This document shows, piece by piece, positions 1 to 12,410 of a stretch of 64,000 nucleotides of DNA. Source of the DNA: Octopus sinensis. Its lineage: Eukaryota. A program made the translations under genes and the position numbers. The DNA lies in assembly GCF_006345805.1 (NCBI RefSeq), contig NC_043002.1:69068001-69132000 (forward strand), given 5' to 3'. Numbering within the stretch: the stretch's first letter is position 1; every line of letters begins with the position of its first letter. The notes below the pieces were generated by a model. It was not told the origin of the DNA and did no database searches. It saw nothing but the letters and a program-made list of their open reading frames with translations.

Positions 1-2685
1 AGCATAGATCTTCTCTGTGAGAGCTGACCTGCAGTTAAACATTACAGAAGCAGGTCTAGACTGTTACTCTATCTCAATCAATCACGTGAAAAAGATCTAG
101 ATGGATGTGTGACATATGCAGAACTGTGGATTGCACTTGTTTGACTATGTGCTATATGTTTGCATGATCAGGACTCACCAAGGGCTACACAACAAAACTA
201 TCAACTGCATCACTCTTACCTGTTTGGAAGAGCTTGTAAAAGTCATAGGCACGACTTCTCTTCTGTTGACTAACTTAAAACCAAATATTGATTTAAAAAA
301 AAAATCATTAATGTATGTTGCTTTGTTTCAAGGTTTTAGTATCTGCTAAAAGTTTCTGAAGTGAGATAGATTTTATTTAATGAATAATTGTTCTTAATAT
401 GAAGTATAGGCAGGAGAGAAGGATCAAATCTTAGTTGTGTTTCAGACAAAATCTAAAGAGGAAGGTTATTCAGCAGAAATGTCTTAAGCATGCCAGATTG
501 AAAACAAAATAAAGGGAATATTACATTGTTGAAAAGAAAATTCTTCAAGTTCCAAATCAGACTACATCCATAATCCTTTTCTTTGGATACAATGTGTAAT
601 CTTAACTGAAGCTGTTTACTTTTTGCATCTTTTTAGGATGTGGCATAATTATATGTGGTATCTATCTATATTATAATGGAGAAAGCTGCTTATTAATTAA
701 TTATGTAACAGTTATCAAAAGAAAGCAATTATTAAAAAGGCTTGACCATCTGGAAATTTTTTAATATATTCATGTTCCAAGAAATTTCCTGTAATTTCAA
801 TTTCTAAAGTTTATTGAATATTCGAACTTCAAGGTTTTTACAAATTCATTGCATTCACTGTGGAGTAGATTTTAATGTTAATAAGCATTAATTTGTTGCA
901 GACGAAATTTTCAGTTTTCATTTGCAACAATCTCTCACTCTCTCTCACATCTATTTTCATTTTGCTACTTCGAAGTTTGTTTAAATTAGAGATATACTGC
1001 AACAATGATATATTACTGAAAGAAATATTTACTAAGCAAGTGAAATTTTTTATAAATTTAAGTTTTCAAGAAAATTTACTTTCTAAACTTCCTTTTATTA
1101 TTGAATATTTCAAGTTCACAAATTTCAGTATTCAGTACAAGTTTTTAATGAGCTTTTATATATACAATTTTTTCATTTCATGTTAATTTCATTCATTGTT
1201 TGCAATGTTCTCTCTCTCTTAACCTCACACACACACTCCAGATTTGATTTCATTATTACACAAATATCACATTAGAATTTTGCAATTCAACATGGGGTGT
1301 TCAAAAAAATATGCGACTGAGAAAGAACATTTAGCAGCAAAAGCACGATGGCAGAGAATATAAAAATTATTAGAATTGAAAATCAAATGTGAAAATATCA
1401 AGCAGCTAGCAGAAAATTGCCTGGAGGACAAGTCTTTCTGCTAGTATTGTATAATGTTATCTTAACAATAGCTTAAGTGAAGACATTATAATAGATTTTA
1501 GAGTCCTTATTCTAAATTAAAGCGACAGCAGAGAATATTTCTGAATTTCATGAAATATGTTCTGTTCAGTCGAGATTTAGTGATAGCAAGAACTGTGTCC
1601 TGACAAGCTTAAGAAGCGGATTTCTTTAGAATTTATTTGTTCTATCATTTTTCCTGATAAGCAAATATAATGTGTTAAGTGATAGGGTGCTAACAACTTG
1701 TAAGAGTATTAAGAGAATAACATTAACCAATAATAAGTTTGGAATATTAATAAAATGCAAATAGACTTCTAAAAAGTTTTTTTTAACAAGAATATGAAGT
1801 TAAATAAATGTATCATGAAGATCTGATGTAGTACTAGTATAATTGAAGTAGGGTTGAATAAAATAAATTGAAATGTTGGACAGTATTTCCAACTACATGT
1901 GAAAATTTGTTAACTAGACAGAAATATGTGAATCTAAAAAATAATGTTCAGTGTATTTCTTTGTTTATTGTTCTTTGTTAAACAGAGATCGAGAGCAGTT
2001 TCTATTTATTCTTATTTTTTCTTGGTTCTCTTTAAAGTTTAATTCTCTATAATCAAATCTAAACGTCTTACTTGAATATTTCTTTGGTCTAAATATATTC
2101 ATGTGTAAGAATACTTTTTTGAGAACTAAATTAAATATTTGTTCTTGAAAGATAATTATGTATAAAGATGTTTTTAGTTGTTATATTTAATGAATTTACA
2201 TGGTTTTCTTTTGTGCTGAAAAGTGTTAGAACTTATTTAAAAGTTATTTTAAACTTCTCCATGGGATGATTTTCACAAAGACGAACACCTGCTCATGCAT
2301 TGGAGCAAGTGTTTCCCAGTTGGATACTCTTTCTACTGCCAGCCTACTTATCTATGAAATGAGAGAGGTATCTGTGACTGCTAAGTAGCTAGAAACAAAC
2401 AATGTAATTTGTGTTTCCTAAGAACATAGCGTAATGGCTTGATAAAGTTTTAGCTCTTGACTGTTCACATACATTTCTTTTTCCCAGTTTGAACCTTTTC
2501 AGTAATGTCTGTGAATACAAGCTGCTGAAATTGGGGTTTTCCAGAGACTTTCTAGAGTAACTTTACTTGACATGGCGTTTAGGTCAGAGATCAATGAGTC
2601 TCTCCAAGTTGATTCGCTACTTCTTATAAATAAGTCACAGCTCCACCACTGCAAACATGTGATTTGAATGTCACAGGAAAGAATC

Positions 2686-2901
2686 ACAAGACAGATTCTT
2701 CAGGCTGAGTCAACTGGCAGGAGACCTAGGGATGGACCAAGAATGAGGTGGTTGGATAATATCCACAGTCTCAGTTATTCACTGAGAATCCAGCCAGAAT
2801 GTGCAATGTCATTCGTTTCTGGTAGGATCCTATGAAGGAGATGCCTGAAGTCTGTACCCCATGACTTTCCCAGGAATACTAGATGGAGAAGATGGATGGA
2901 T
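2686..2901 (+). mobile_element. RTE-clade LINE 3' fragment (ORF C-terminus plus GATG tail)
   Basis: Translates as RQILQAESTGRRPRDGPRMRWLDNI, matching the RTE C-terminal GxRxxGRPxxRWxD motif, and ends in gaagatggatggat. Confidence 0.65.
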
Positions 2902-2984
2902 AAATCCTTTTATATTATTCAGCTGTCTTATAAAATTTGTCTTATAAAATTTGTAATGATTGTAATTTCAAAGAGAGCCTTGAT

Positions 2985-3065
2985 CATCATCATCATCGTT
3001 TAACGTCCACTTTCCATGCTAGCATGGGTAGGACAATTTGACTGAGGTCTGGCGAACCAAATGGG
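2985..3065 (-). mobile_element. Short fragment of the RTE-3'-end/(GAT)n-tailed repeat family (family B)
   Basis: catcatcatcgtttaacgtccactttccatgctagcatggg matches the copies at 34589 and 62459. Confidence 0.75.
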
Positions 3066-3204
3066 TGCCCTAGACCTAGCAATTTTTCTGAATTCTTTTT
3101 TGTATTGCTGTCAATAAAATTTTTGCCAACTGCTGGATTCAGACATTAAATAGTTAATATTGGAGATTTGAGGATTTAGGATAAAAAAATGTCATTTTAA
3201 ACTG

Positions 3205-3378
3205 ATGTAATTAGTCAGCTTAGAAACTTGTATTAACTTGTAATGAAATTGTAGAATCTTCACTTTCATGTCTTTATTTTTATATGCAGTATTTTGTTTG
3301 TTGGTCCCTTCCTGTTGTCAACATTTCTATATTTCAAAATGTTAACTTAATCTGTTTCTAAGCTGACTAATTTGCATG
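3205..3378 (+). other. Long imperfect inverted repeat / hairpin
   Basis: Perfect 19-bp arms aattagtcagcttagaaac (3209-3227) and gtttctaagctgactaatt (3354-3372), with further imperfect pairing inside. Confidence 0.85.
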
Positions 3379-3696
3379 CAACAGAATTTCATGTCACCTT
3401 GCATCAAGTTTGGTACTGTATTCAGTCATCTAGTTCATTTGAATCACTGTTTAATTATGTAACCTATATAACATTTTCTTTTGGTTAATAAATTGATTTG
3501 AAGAAAAATCCAGCTGATCCACTGATCAGAATGTAGCAGCTAGTACAATTTCATCCTTATAAAAGCAACAGACAGAACAATTTCCTGTTTCTGCTTTGAT
3601 CTGACTTACATTTTTACTATATAAATGTCAAGTTCATGAAAACACTGCTTTCATGTTTTATATGTAATTATTTTGTTTTTTACAGTGTTGTTTCAG

Positions 3697-3757
3697 ATGT
3701 TAAGTGACTGATCATGATGGTGACTATAAAACAACAATTCTGTGTTATTTACTGTAG
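3697..3757 (+). other. Possible small non-coding (5' UTR) exon
   Basis: Pyrimidine-rich acceptors (tttttacag at 3685, tgtttcag at 3696) and a donor ag|gtaaac at 3758. Splice-signal evidence only. Confidence 0.25.
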
Positions 3758-4633
3758 GTAAACTTGACATTTGACAATATTTCATTATAATATAATATTT
3801 TTTCTTTCACTGGCAAATAACCTCTGAAAATTGACAAGCCTTTTAAATATGGCTTTTACAGTTTGACATCTTTTGCGGTTTGTTACTTCATCCGAGAGTC
3901 ATGACATTGCTTGTTTGTTTATTTATCACACTTTTCTCCATCCCACATTTTCTTTCTGAATTTATTTATCTTTACAAACACGTACACACATTTCTACTCT
4001 TTAAAAGGTAGTTTTGCATTACAGAATAACTATTTCTCACATTTTTGGCTTCTGTGGAATCAAGTTGCATTGCTCTGTCATAATGCTGAAAGTTCAGTGA
4101 TAATTTAATTAAAGGTTCTGGGTGAGTCTGTGACTAAGGATTAGTGATAACCGAATGGTAGTAACTATTTCAAATTCTGGTACTCCACCCTCGGCTAAGA
4201 CCAGAGCTTAAATAATGCAACATCCTATGTTATTCCTACTTTATGACTTAACCTCATCTAAGTAATCTATTGATATTATTATTATTATCATCAACACAGT
4301 TTAATTTAGTGTCAATTATGCTTTTTATTTTGTGTATTTAACTTTCTTGTAGTTTATATCAAGCTAAAATATCTTGAATGTTATAGTTATCTTGAGGATG
4401 TGGTACTGTCCTTTACGCCCCCACACATACCTTCTCTCTCTTCTCCATTCTCTCACATATTTTTTCCTTTCTACTCTCAATTGCTGTCTCTTTTATAATT
4501 AGCCAGGAGAGGAGGGGCATCACCCATGACCTTTGCTTGTAAACTATTCCAGACTAGTGTGATTGATGTGGCTTATGCTTAATCTGAACATCTGCAGGTC
4601 AATATCTATAGCAAATTATATGATTACAGATAA

Positions 4634-4712
4634 AGGCATAGGATGGCTGAGTGGTTAAGAAGTTTGCCTCTCAACCCAATTGTTGGGGTTCAGTCCCACT
4701 GCATGGCACTTT
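4634..4712 (+). mobile_element. 5' tRNA-like head fragment of SINE family A
   Basis: ggcataggatggctgagtggttaagaagtttgc...ggttcagtcccactgcatggcac matches the head of the full copies. Confidence 0.7.
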
Positions 4713-5269
4713 CTGAAGTTCATATTAAAAGTCATACATTTTTTCTGATGTTAAAATGAAATAATGCCTTCTATAAGAGTTTGTGATAGTTTTGAATTGA
4801 TTAGTATAATACAATCCCAAAACTTCCACACTGTCATTATTATTATTATGTATTGTAACCAAAATGTTATTCAAGGATGATCACATCAGATGGCTCAGTA
4901 GTGTATCTCTGTCTAATATTGTTCTATTTTACATTTTTCTTTTCCTTTTTCCCCTTTTGCTTTTATCAGTATGTAGTATTTAAAAATTTATGTCTGGTAG
5001 CTTTACAATATCTTGTAGCTATGGATTCACTGTACCCTGGTAGCAATCATGCTTTTTGAGCAACACAACAACCCATTTATTTTGTAGTTTGTATTACTAT
5101 TTACTGATTTATTAGTGGCTTCTCCACAACCACTATCAGGTCAGAAGAGTTTTATTTGTTTTAGATAACCATCCATAATATAAGCAAGATATCATTTTGT
5201 TTATTCTAGATTGTATTTTTATAGCTACTACACTCAGTTTCTTATCAAATCTATTAGGATCACAATTTT

Positions 5270-5480
5270 TATTGTTTAATCTCATGCTAGTCCTGACAGA
5301 GTAGTTTTGTGAGCCAAAGATGCTTCAGCCATGCCCATCGTATCTTTGTTTCCAGTGATAGTGTATCCATGATTATATTATTCAATGTGTCCTCTTTTTG
5401 AAGACTGAGTGTGTGACTTGAAAATTTGGCTGCTGTTTCTTGTAGGTGCAGTAATCATGTTGGAGCTCTCTTGTTGACTC
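5270..5480 (-). mobile_element. Unclassified dispersed repeat family H (core ctgctagaaatagcagccaaat); related copies near 10390-10570, 15090-15250, 54320-54500, 57530-57720
   Basis: The core motif (atttggctgctgtttcttgtagg here) recurs in several degenerate copies in both orientations, often ending in an (AAC)n tail. Confidence 0.6.
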
Positions 5481-7516
5481 ACTGCTGTTATTGATGGTAG
5501 ATGGTGCATCATCCCAGAGAACAATATTCTATAGAGTGAAAATAGAAGGGCTTTATGGACAGAGAATACTTATTTGAAGCTGTAATAATTTTTGTTCTCA
5601 AGAGACAGCTAAGTTTGTTTGATGTGACTTAATATTTGAATCTATCAAGAGACTTCATTGTAAATTCATCATGGTTAAATACATTGGCTGTTATTTCATT
5701 CAAGTCAGATGACTGTCTGCTAGTCTTCAACCAAGGTATTTAGACTGCAAGTAACAATTCATAATATCAATGTTTTAAAGATTTAATCTCTCTGGTACAT
5801 TCAGGATCCTTCGTTGAATGATGAAGAAGTGGTAGGCCATGATCTCCGCTTCAGTAATGAGATTGATACTGGGCTTTCTCCTTTCACACATCTGTTCAGT
5901 CTGACCCCTTCGCTTACTGCAAAGGTTGTTGATGGAGAATCTGTTAATGAACCCAAAGTCTATTCAGGCCAAATCTTCAAAATGTTAGCATTGTGACTAT
6001 TGGTAACAGAAGTTTCTTAAGTGGAACCAGAGTCCAATCAAATCCCTGGGGAGCTTTGTCTGCCAGGTGATGTTATATTTTTAGTTGAGGCTGTGTTAAT
6101 TTAATCATTGGGGTATTTGATATTAGCATAGCAATGAGTAACATTAATTAATTTTACCTTGATTGGCTTGTTTTATTGTTTGGCATAAACTGTCTTAGGA
6201 AAACTTCTCTAGCTCTGACAGCCATCCAAATATATTGTTGAGGAGTGACTTTGAAAGTTAGTCTTTCATGAAACTCCATCATTTTTCTGTTACCTTTCTT
6301 GAACAAAGGGCAAACTCCATAGAGTTCCATTTACATATTCTACGTAACTGTTTCCAGTTTGATGGTAAAGAGTTGCTTTGATTTGAGCAAATAATTTTTT
6401 TCCAGAAAAGTAAAGCTATCTTGAGACGTAGATTAGAATCGTTGGTCTAATTGGATTGAAATTAGATCACAGATATGAAGAATATATTTTGAAAATAGAC
6501 AAATTACTACAAGGTTACCAGATCAGTTTAATAAAAGGGATAACTTGCTGATCAGTGCATAACATGAAATGGCCTTGACATAAAAACATCTGCCATTAGC
6601 TAGCATTTAGTATAATACTCGTAACCTCCTTTTCAGTTGACAACAGATTCTATACAAAGCAAAACAATTCTGAACAAAAAAGTGACAGGTTTTTTTTTCC
6701 TACTTTAAACACTTTAAATTATTGTTCTAGATGCATCAGTTTCAACATGCATTGAAACTTCATATATTAGGTGTTAAGAGAGGCATTGACTAGTTTCAAG
6801 TAGATTAATGGTATTTTGGTGTCTTTTCCCTACAGAAAAGTAGGTTTTAGTAGGGATTTTAGTAGTGCCAAGAAGGAATAGTAAATCAAACAACCCTAGT
6901 AATCTTGTTTAGCTAGGTGTTGGGTAACCGATGAGAAGTCCTGATCTTTCTATGTCAGGTTTCAACCAATTACTCTGTATTTTATGCCCTAAGTAGTAAA
7001 GGACATTTAACTTCTTTGTGACAAGTTGTCAGGTTCCAAGAATAACTGAATGTTTAATGATTTTCTCTTGGTATATATCAGTGGTTACATTTTGAAAGTC
7101 ACCATGTCTGGCAAGGTTGCATAGAACTGTAGCATAAGATTCAGTGTTGTCACCTGGCTATTATTTTCATGACTGCAGCTGAAATCTAATAAAGATTATC
7201 GAGAATACCTTTAGCAGTAATGTAGCTGACGCTATTTGCAATATGGCTGAACCTAGTTGGTGAGAAGTTTGTTCGCAGAACCAGTCTTTGTTAGTTAGTT
7301 GAGTTTGGAAATTTAGTAAGAAAATTTAGAAAAGTAGTTTTCCATTGACTCCACTCTGTGCTTATATCTGATGGAGTCCTACCAAAGTGATGTAACTGGA
7401 GATATATTTCCATTGTTATTTTTTTGTTTCAATATTTTAGCTCAAGTAAATTGCTGTGATGAGAAACAGAAGCTGAGAAGCAATCATTATTTGCAGCCAA
7501 AACGTTTAACTTCATT

Positions 7517-7582
7517 ATGACAAACAAAAAGAATATACGTCAGTATTTAAAGCAAATGGCTGTCTGCCAATCTTCTAACAAG
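7517..7582 (+). CDS. Candidate first coding portion of exon 7441-7582 (MTNKKNIRQYLKQMAVCQSSNK), unknown protein
   Basis: T-rich acceptor ...aatattttag|7441, donor aag|gtatac at 7583, ATG at 7517 giving 22 codons ending in phase 0. The sequence is non-repetitive and phase-compatible with exon 43869. Confidence 0.4.
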
Positions 7583-7647
7583 GTATACCTTAATTCATGT
7601 AGACCAGCAGTAGCAATTCATAGCCATTGAAATCAAAGTTTCTAGAG

Positions 7648-7884
7648 CAGTACTTCTCAATGGAGGTCCATGTGACCCTTGGGGGTCCACATTAGATTTT
7701 GTTGCTAAAATTTACACACACACACACACACACACAATATTTTAACAATTTTTTAATACAATTTCTAATATTTAATTATAAAAATATAATAGTATTTTTT
7801 AAAACATCAAATAACTGTGAGACTCCACCCAAATAAAATCGGAATCAAAGGGATTCATAGGTGAAAAATGGTTGAGAAATACTG
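7648..7884. mobile_element. hAT-Charlie-type MITE
   Basis: TIRs cagtacttctcaa / ttgagaaatactg (1 mismatch) and a perfect 8-bp TSD ttctagag at 7640-7647 and 7885-7892, the NTCTAGAN target typical of hAT-Charlie. Confidence 0.9.
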
Positions 7885-8216
7885 TTCTAGAGGAATGATA
7901 AGCTTGGTGAGATGATTAATCTTTAAAGTAAACTGGTTGTGGAGTTAGGAGAGCAAGAGAGTAGAATTAACATGTGGAAGCACAAAAAGCCAGGTGGTAA
8001 GTTTTCTAAATGAGTTGCATGGCATACTTTGTCAACAGCTTCACTTTGGTTGAATGCAGCTATCACAGTTTCAGTGTACTGTTCTAAGTGACACAGAAAT
8101 GAGTTGTGTAGACAGTGTGAATGGAAGGTCATTAATGAACCTAGTTTTATAAAAATCAATGTTTGTGTTTTAGAGAGGTGGGGGGTGGTTAGAATTTAAA
8201 ATATTGTTGGATGTCA

Positions 8217-8446
8217 TTAACCCTTTTGATACCAACCTGGCTGAAACCACCTCTGACTTTGTAGTACAAATGTCTTGTTTTCAAAAGTTCTGAATTAAAA
8301 TCTTCCACCAAACTTTAGTCAGAATTTATGTTCCTAACATTAGCTTAATGATAACTAAGTTATTTTACTAAATTCTTTGTTGTATTTAAAATGATTTGAA
8401 AGAAACACAGAACATCTCAACAAAAATGTGGTAACAAAATGGTTAA
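8217..8446 (+). mobile_element. piggyBac-type MITE, about 230 bp (family E)
   Basis: TTAA-CCCTT...TGG-TTAA ends; body nearly identical to 23611-23840 (inverted) and 35280-35500. Confidence 0.85.
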
Positions 8447-8814
8447 TGATTATTTCTATTTTATTAGAAATTCTGTATCTTGAAGGGTAGCAGGATGCCA
8501 TTAGCAAAATCAGAAAGATTACTTCTCTTTACTTAAGGATGAATATTTCCATAGTTGAGGAATAGGTCTTCAAAGAGGGAGAGAAGTTTAAAAAATTGGG
8601 TAACTAGGGGTGAAATAGAGAATGTTTTTGAGGACATTGAACTGTTGTGAATCAGTTTATGCTGAGAGTAGGATAGGATATTTAATGGTTGGTAAGAATG
8701 TAGTAATTAGGTCCTACAGTTTTGTTGTTGTTAAACTCCAGCTGTAACCAACTCCACATGTTTTCAGGTATAGTGTATGTTTCCAGGATGATATTATTAA
8801 ATAAATCTCTCCTC

Positions 8815-9201
8815 CTCTTTACTCTTTTACTTGTTTCAGTCATTTGACTGTGGCCATGCTGGAGCACCGCCTTTAGTCGAGCAAATCGACCCCAGGACTT
8901 ATTCTTTGTAAGCCTACTACTTATTCTATCGGTCTCTTTTGCCGAACTGCTAAGTTACGGGTACATAAACACACCAGTGATGTTGGAGGGACAAACACAG
9001 ACACAGAAACACACACACATATATATATACATATATACGATGGGCTTCTTTCAGTTTCCGTCTAGCAAATCCACTCACAAGGCTCTGGTTGGCCTGAGGC
9101 TATAGTAGAAGACACTTGCCCAAGGTACCATGCAGTGGGACTGAACTTGGAACTATGTGGTTGGTAAGCAAGCTACTTACCACACAGCCACTCCTGTGCC
9201 T
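8815..9201 (-). mobile_element. Full-length tRNA-derived SINE family A (Octopus-type, internal (TA)n(TG)n, gaaacaagtaaaagag tail)
   Basis: Reverse complement of the + copies at 24629, 35964 and 38414; A/B-box-like head tggctgtgtggtaag...gttcagtccc. Confidence 0.9.
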
Positions 9202-9551
9202 CCTATTAAGACAGCAGGGTTTGATATAAGAAGAATTTGGTTACTATTTTTTTTTTTTGCTGGTTGAGTGATCACATTACTCCTCTTCAGATACAGAATC
9301 TGGGGTTATATATAGTTAGTCTAATACTGACTGCTATACATTTAACATGTTTCGTAGTGAAAGAACTCTGACCACTATACATATGTTTATGTTAGTCTTA
9401 TTTTTTCTACCACTTATTTTTTTATTTTTCAACAAGAAAAAAAAAAAGTGAAATTATTTTAAAACTATGTCAGTTAATGTTTGTGACAGATTTACAGAGG
9501 TTTCAGGTCTGAAAATTCTCAAATCTGAAAAATAATATATTTTGCTGTCAA

Positions 9552-9820
9552 ATCATCATCATCATATGTCTGTCTTCCATGCTGGCATGGGCTGGACAGT
9601 TTGACAGGAGCTGATAAGCCAGTGGACTTCATCAAGCTCCACTGTCTGCATTGGCATGGTTTTCATGACTGGATGCCTTTCCTCATGCTAACCACTTTAC
9701 AGAGATGACTGGGTACTTTTTACATGACCCCAATACCAGTAAGGTCACTTAGTAACTTGCAAGACAAAGATTCCTCAGCTGAGAAGGCGAGTGGTATTGC
9801 ACCAGGTGATGAGAACTTAG
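9552..9820 (-). mobile_element. Family B repeat (RTE 3' UTR-derived, (GAT)n tail)
   Basis: catcatcat...ttccatgctggcatggg...ctggatgcctttcct motifs shared with other copies. Confidence 0.75.
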
Positions 9821-10300
9821 ACCAAAAACACTTTAGGTGTTATTTCACAGTAATGGTGACCCCATCTAACAAATATAGAATATGAGGACCATATATATTT
9901 CTTTTATTTGTGATGGTTCATCACTGGAAACTGGGTCTTTGTATTCACTTATGCCTCATTTTTAACTATGTTAATTTCCCTCTACGCATTATCTAAACAA
10001 CAGTTAGGTCTCACAGGGGAAAAATAAAGTATATTTTTAAATGACAGTATGTGAATATTATGCAGGTGAGAGGAGTTAATCATTTGGTGATGATGTGACA
10101 CAAGTCCAGTCTGATGATAATATTAATCTAATTAATGGTAATGGGAATAAAACTTGGTAATATTCATTATATGTATCCACTCATTTCTTCATCATTGGCT
10201 GCAGTATGAGTCTTGTCTATTCTCCCATTGATATATAACTTATACTTGATTCCATTAACCTAAAACAACTATAATTCATTCTCTTATTAAAATGTAAACA

Positions 10301-10322
10301 AATATGTGCCTAGGCACATATT
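10301..10322. repeat. Perfect 22-bp palindrome aatatgtgcctaggcacatatt
   Basis: Read directly from the sequence; extends imperfectly to about 10292-10331. Confidence 0.9.
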
Positions 10323-11379
10323 CATTTGCATAATGACTTAATTAAATGTAACATTGCTACTGTGCAATCAATATAATCAATTAATGTCAGGCATCTACAT
10401 GGCCATTTTACCTGCTAGAAATAACAGCCAATTTTTTTTTTTAAATTACAAATAGTGAAAGGACACATTGGATAATGTTCTGGACACCTGGAGGCCAAAA
10501 AATAAATAAATAAAAGGTCTTATCATTCAAGGCTGATTTGGCTATATAATGATTACAACTACAGGTTTTCTGGTTGATAGTTGTTGGTATGTATAATCAA
10601 GCTAAAAAACTGTATTGCGTAGTTGTTATGTTGAAATCTATGTTACAAATGTCAGATGTATATGTGGAATGACAGGTTTCTCTTTGATATCTCCTTCTCA
10701 TAATAGAAAGTCTTTTTATTCATTGACAGATGTAGGTTATAAGAAGAAACTGGTAGCTCTTTGTGGCCATACTAGCAGGTCAGTTACTAAGAATACAATG
10801 AATTAGGACCGGATGCTAATAATAATTAATCATGATTGTACAAGTTGTTCTGAATATTGATCTCAAATTTTATAGATGAGATGAAGAGTAGTTGATTTAA
10901 TAAACTCCAGAACTGTTTTGTTTATTTTATTTTATTGCATTTTAGCTTTCATTATATCATCGTTGTCTATAGGATTCCAATGGGTCCAGCCTTTGTTCAC
11001 TGCTCTTTTTATGGTGAGCGTCAAGAGATTGTATAACTTGGATGGAGTAAATACCATAAGGTATTTTTCTTCATTGACTATTTTCTTACTTTTGTGTTTA
11101 TCTTCCACTGCTATACACGTAAACCTAATACGCATGTATATTTGTGTGTGTGTATATATGTTTGTGTGTGTGTATCTTGTGTGTATAAATAGATGTTTGA
11201 CTAAGTTTAGTGCTCCACATACATTATCATTGTCCAGTCTGCTTTCAGTATAGTAGTTAAGCAACTACTATACTTAGTGGTATTACTTGTTATGGTATAT
11301 AGAATAAATGTGACAATTAATATTAACATCTGTTTATTGTAATTTCTCATGTGCGTACACACACACACATAAAAACACA

Positions 11380-11700
11380 GAGGCTTGGCTGTTTGGCAAG
11401 AAGCTACCTTCCCATGCAAATCGCTTTGAATTCTGTCCCACTGCGTCACTACTAAAGCCTTGATGATGGAAACTGAAAGAAACCTGTCATAAATGTACGT
11501 ATGTATGTGTGTGTGTGTGTGTGTATTAGTGTCTTTGTGTTTATGTCCATCCACTGTTTGACGACTGGTATTGATTTGTTTACATCCCTGTAACTTAGTG
11601 CTTCAGTAGTATGTATCAGGGTTAAAAATAAGTACTGGGATCAATTTATTCAACCAAACCCTTCAATGATTGAAACTTGTAAAAAGAAAAGACAAAAGAT
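11380..11700 (+). mobile_element. Degenerate SINE family A
   Basis: gatggaaactgaaagaa, (TG)n, tacatccctgtaacttag and aagtactggg motifs in the expected order. Confidence 0.7.
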
Positions 11701-11897
11701 ATATGTATAGTTTAAAAAAATTTTTTTATTGAAACTGAGTGTTTGGGAAAATTGAAGACCTTGCCTGAAGATCATTGTGCTGTGAAACTTGAGTTACTCA
11801 ACAAATTTAATTTCACTTGCAAAAAGAAAACAAAAAACATATCCTCTACATCATATATTGAGTACTTCTCATTTGTTTGACATAAACCAACATATAT

Positions 11898-12410
11898 ATC
11901 ATCACCATCATCATCATTTAACATCCTGTTTTCCGTATTGGCATGGACTGGGCAGTTCAATATGAACAGACGAGCCAGAAGGCTGTGCCAAGTTCTAACG
12001 CCTGTTTTGATATGGTTTCTACAACTGGATGCCTTCTTAATGCCAACTGCTTCACAGAGTGCTTCACTGGGTGCTTTTTTATGTGACACTAGCAGTGGTG
12101 AGGTCACTAAGTACCAGCAAGACCCCTCAACTGAGTAGGGTATCGAATGGAGGGCTAAAAAAATAACTAGAGATAGAGAGACAAGACCAGATGCCTTGAT
12201 GAGTTGAATACGTGGATTACCCATCTGGATAGAGATAGAGATATAAGGTCGAGTATGAAAGATTGAATAAGACAGAAATAGACATGTAGGATAAGTGTGA
12301 TAGATGATTAGGGGTAGGGAAGAGGTGGAAGAATGGGTGTTAGATGAGTTGTGTTGGATGGTTTGACAGAACCTGAATTCGTCTTGAGATGTGCATATCT
12401 TCTCTAGCAC
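11898..12410 (-). mobile_element. Family B / RTE 3' UTR fragment
   Basis: catcatcatttaacatcc...ctggatgccttcttaatgccaac, followed by a purine-rich tract complementary in character to 50760-51500. Confidence 0.7.

Noticed and set aside
8815-9201. tRNA-like A/B boxes in SINE heads as tRNA genes
   Set aside because: There is no complete cloverleaf; they are heads of multi-copy SINEs.
11772-12410. 212-aa ORF on the - strand, the longest in the track
   Set aside because: It lies entirely in a family B / RTE 3' UTR repeat and low-complexity sequence, with no protein motifs.
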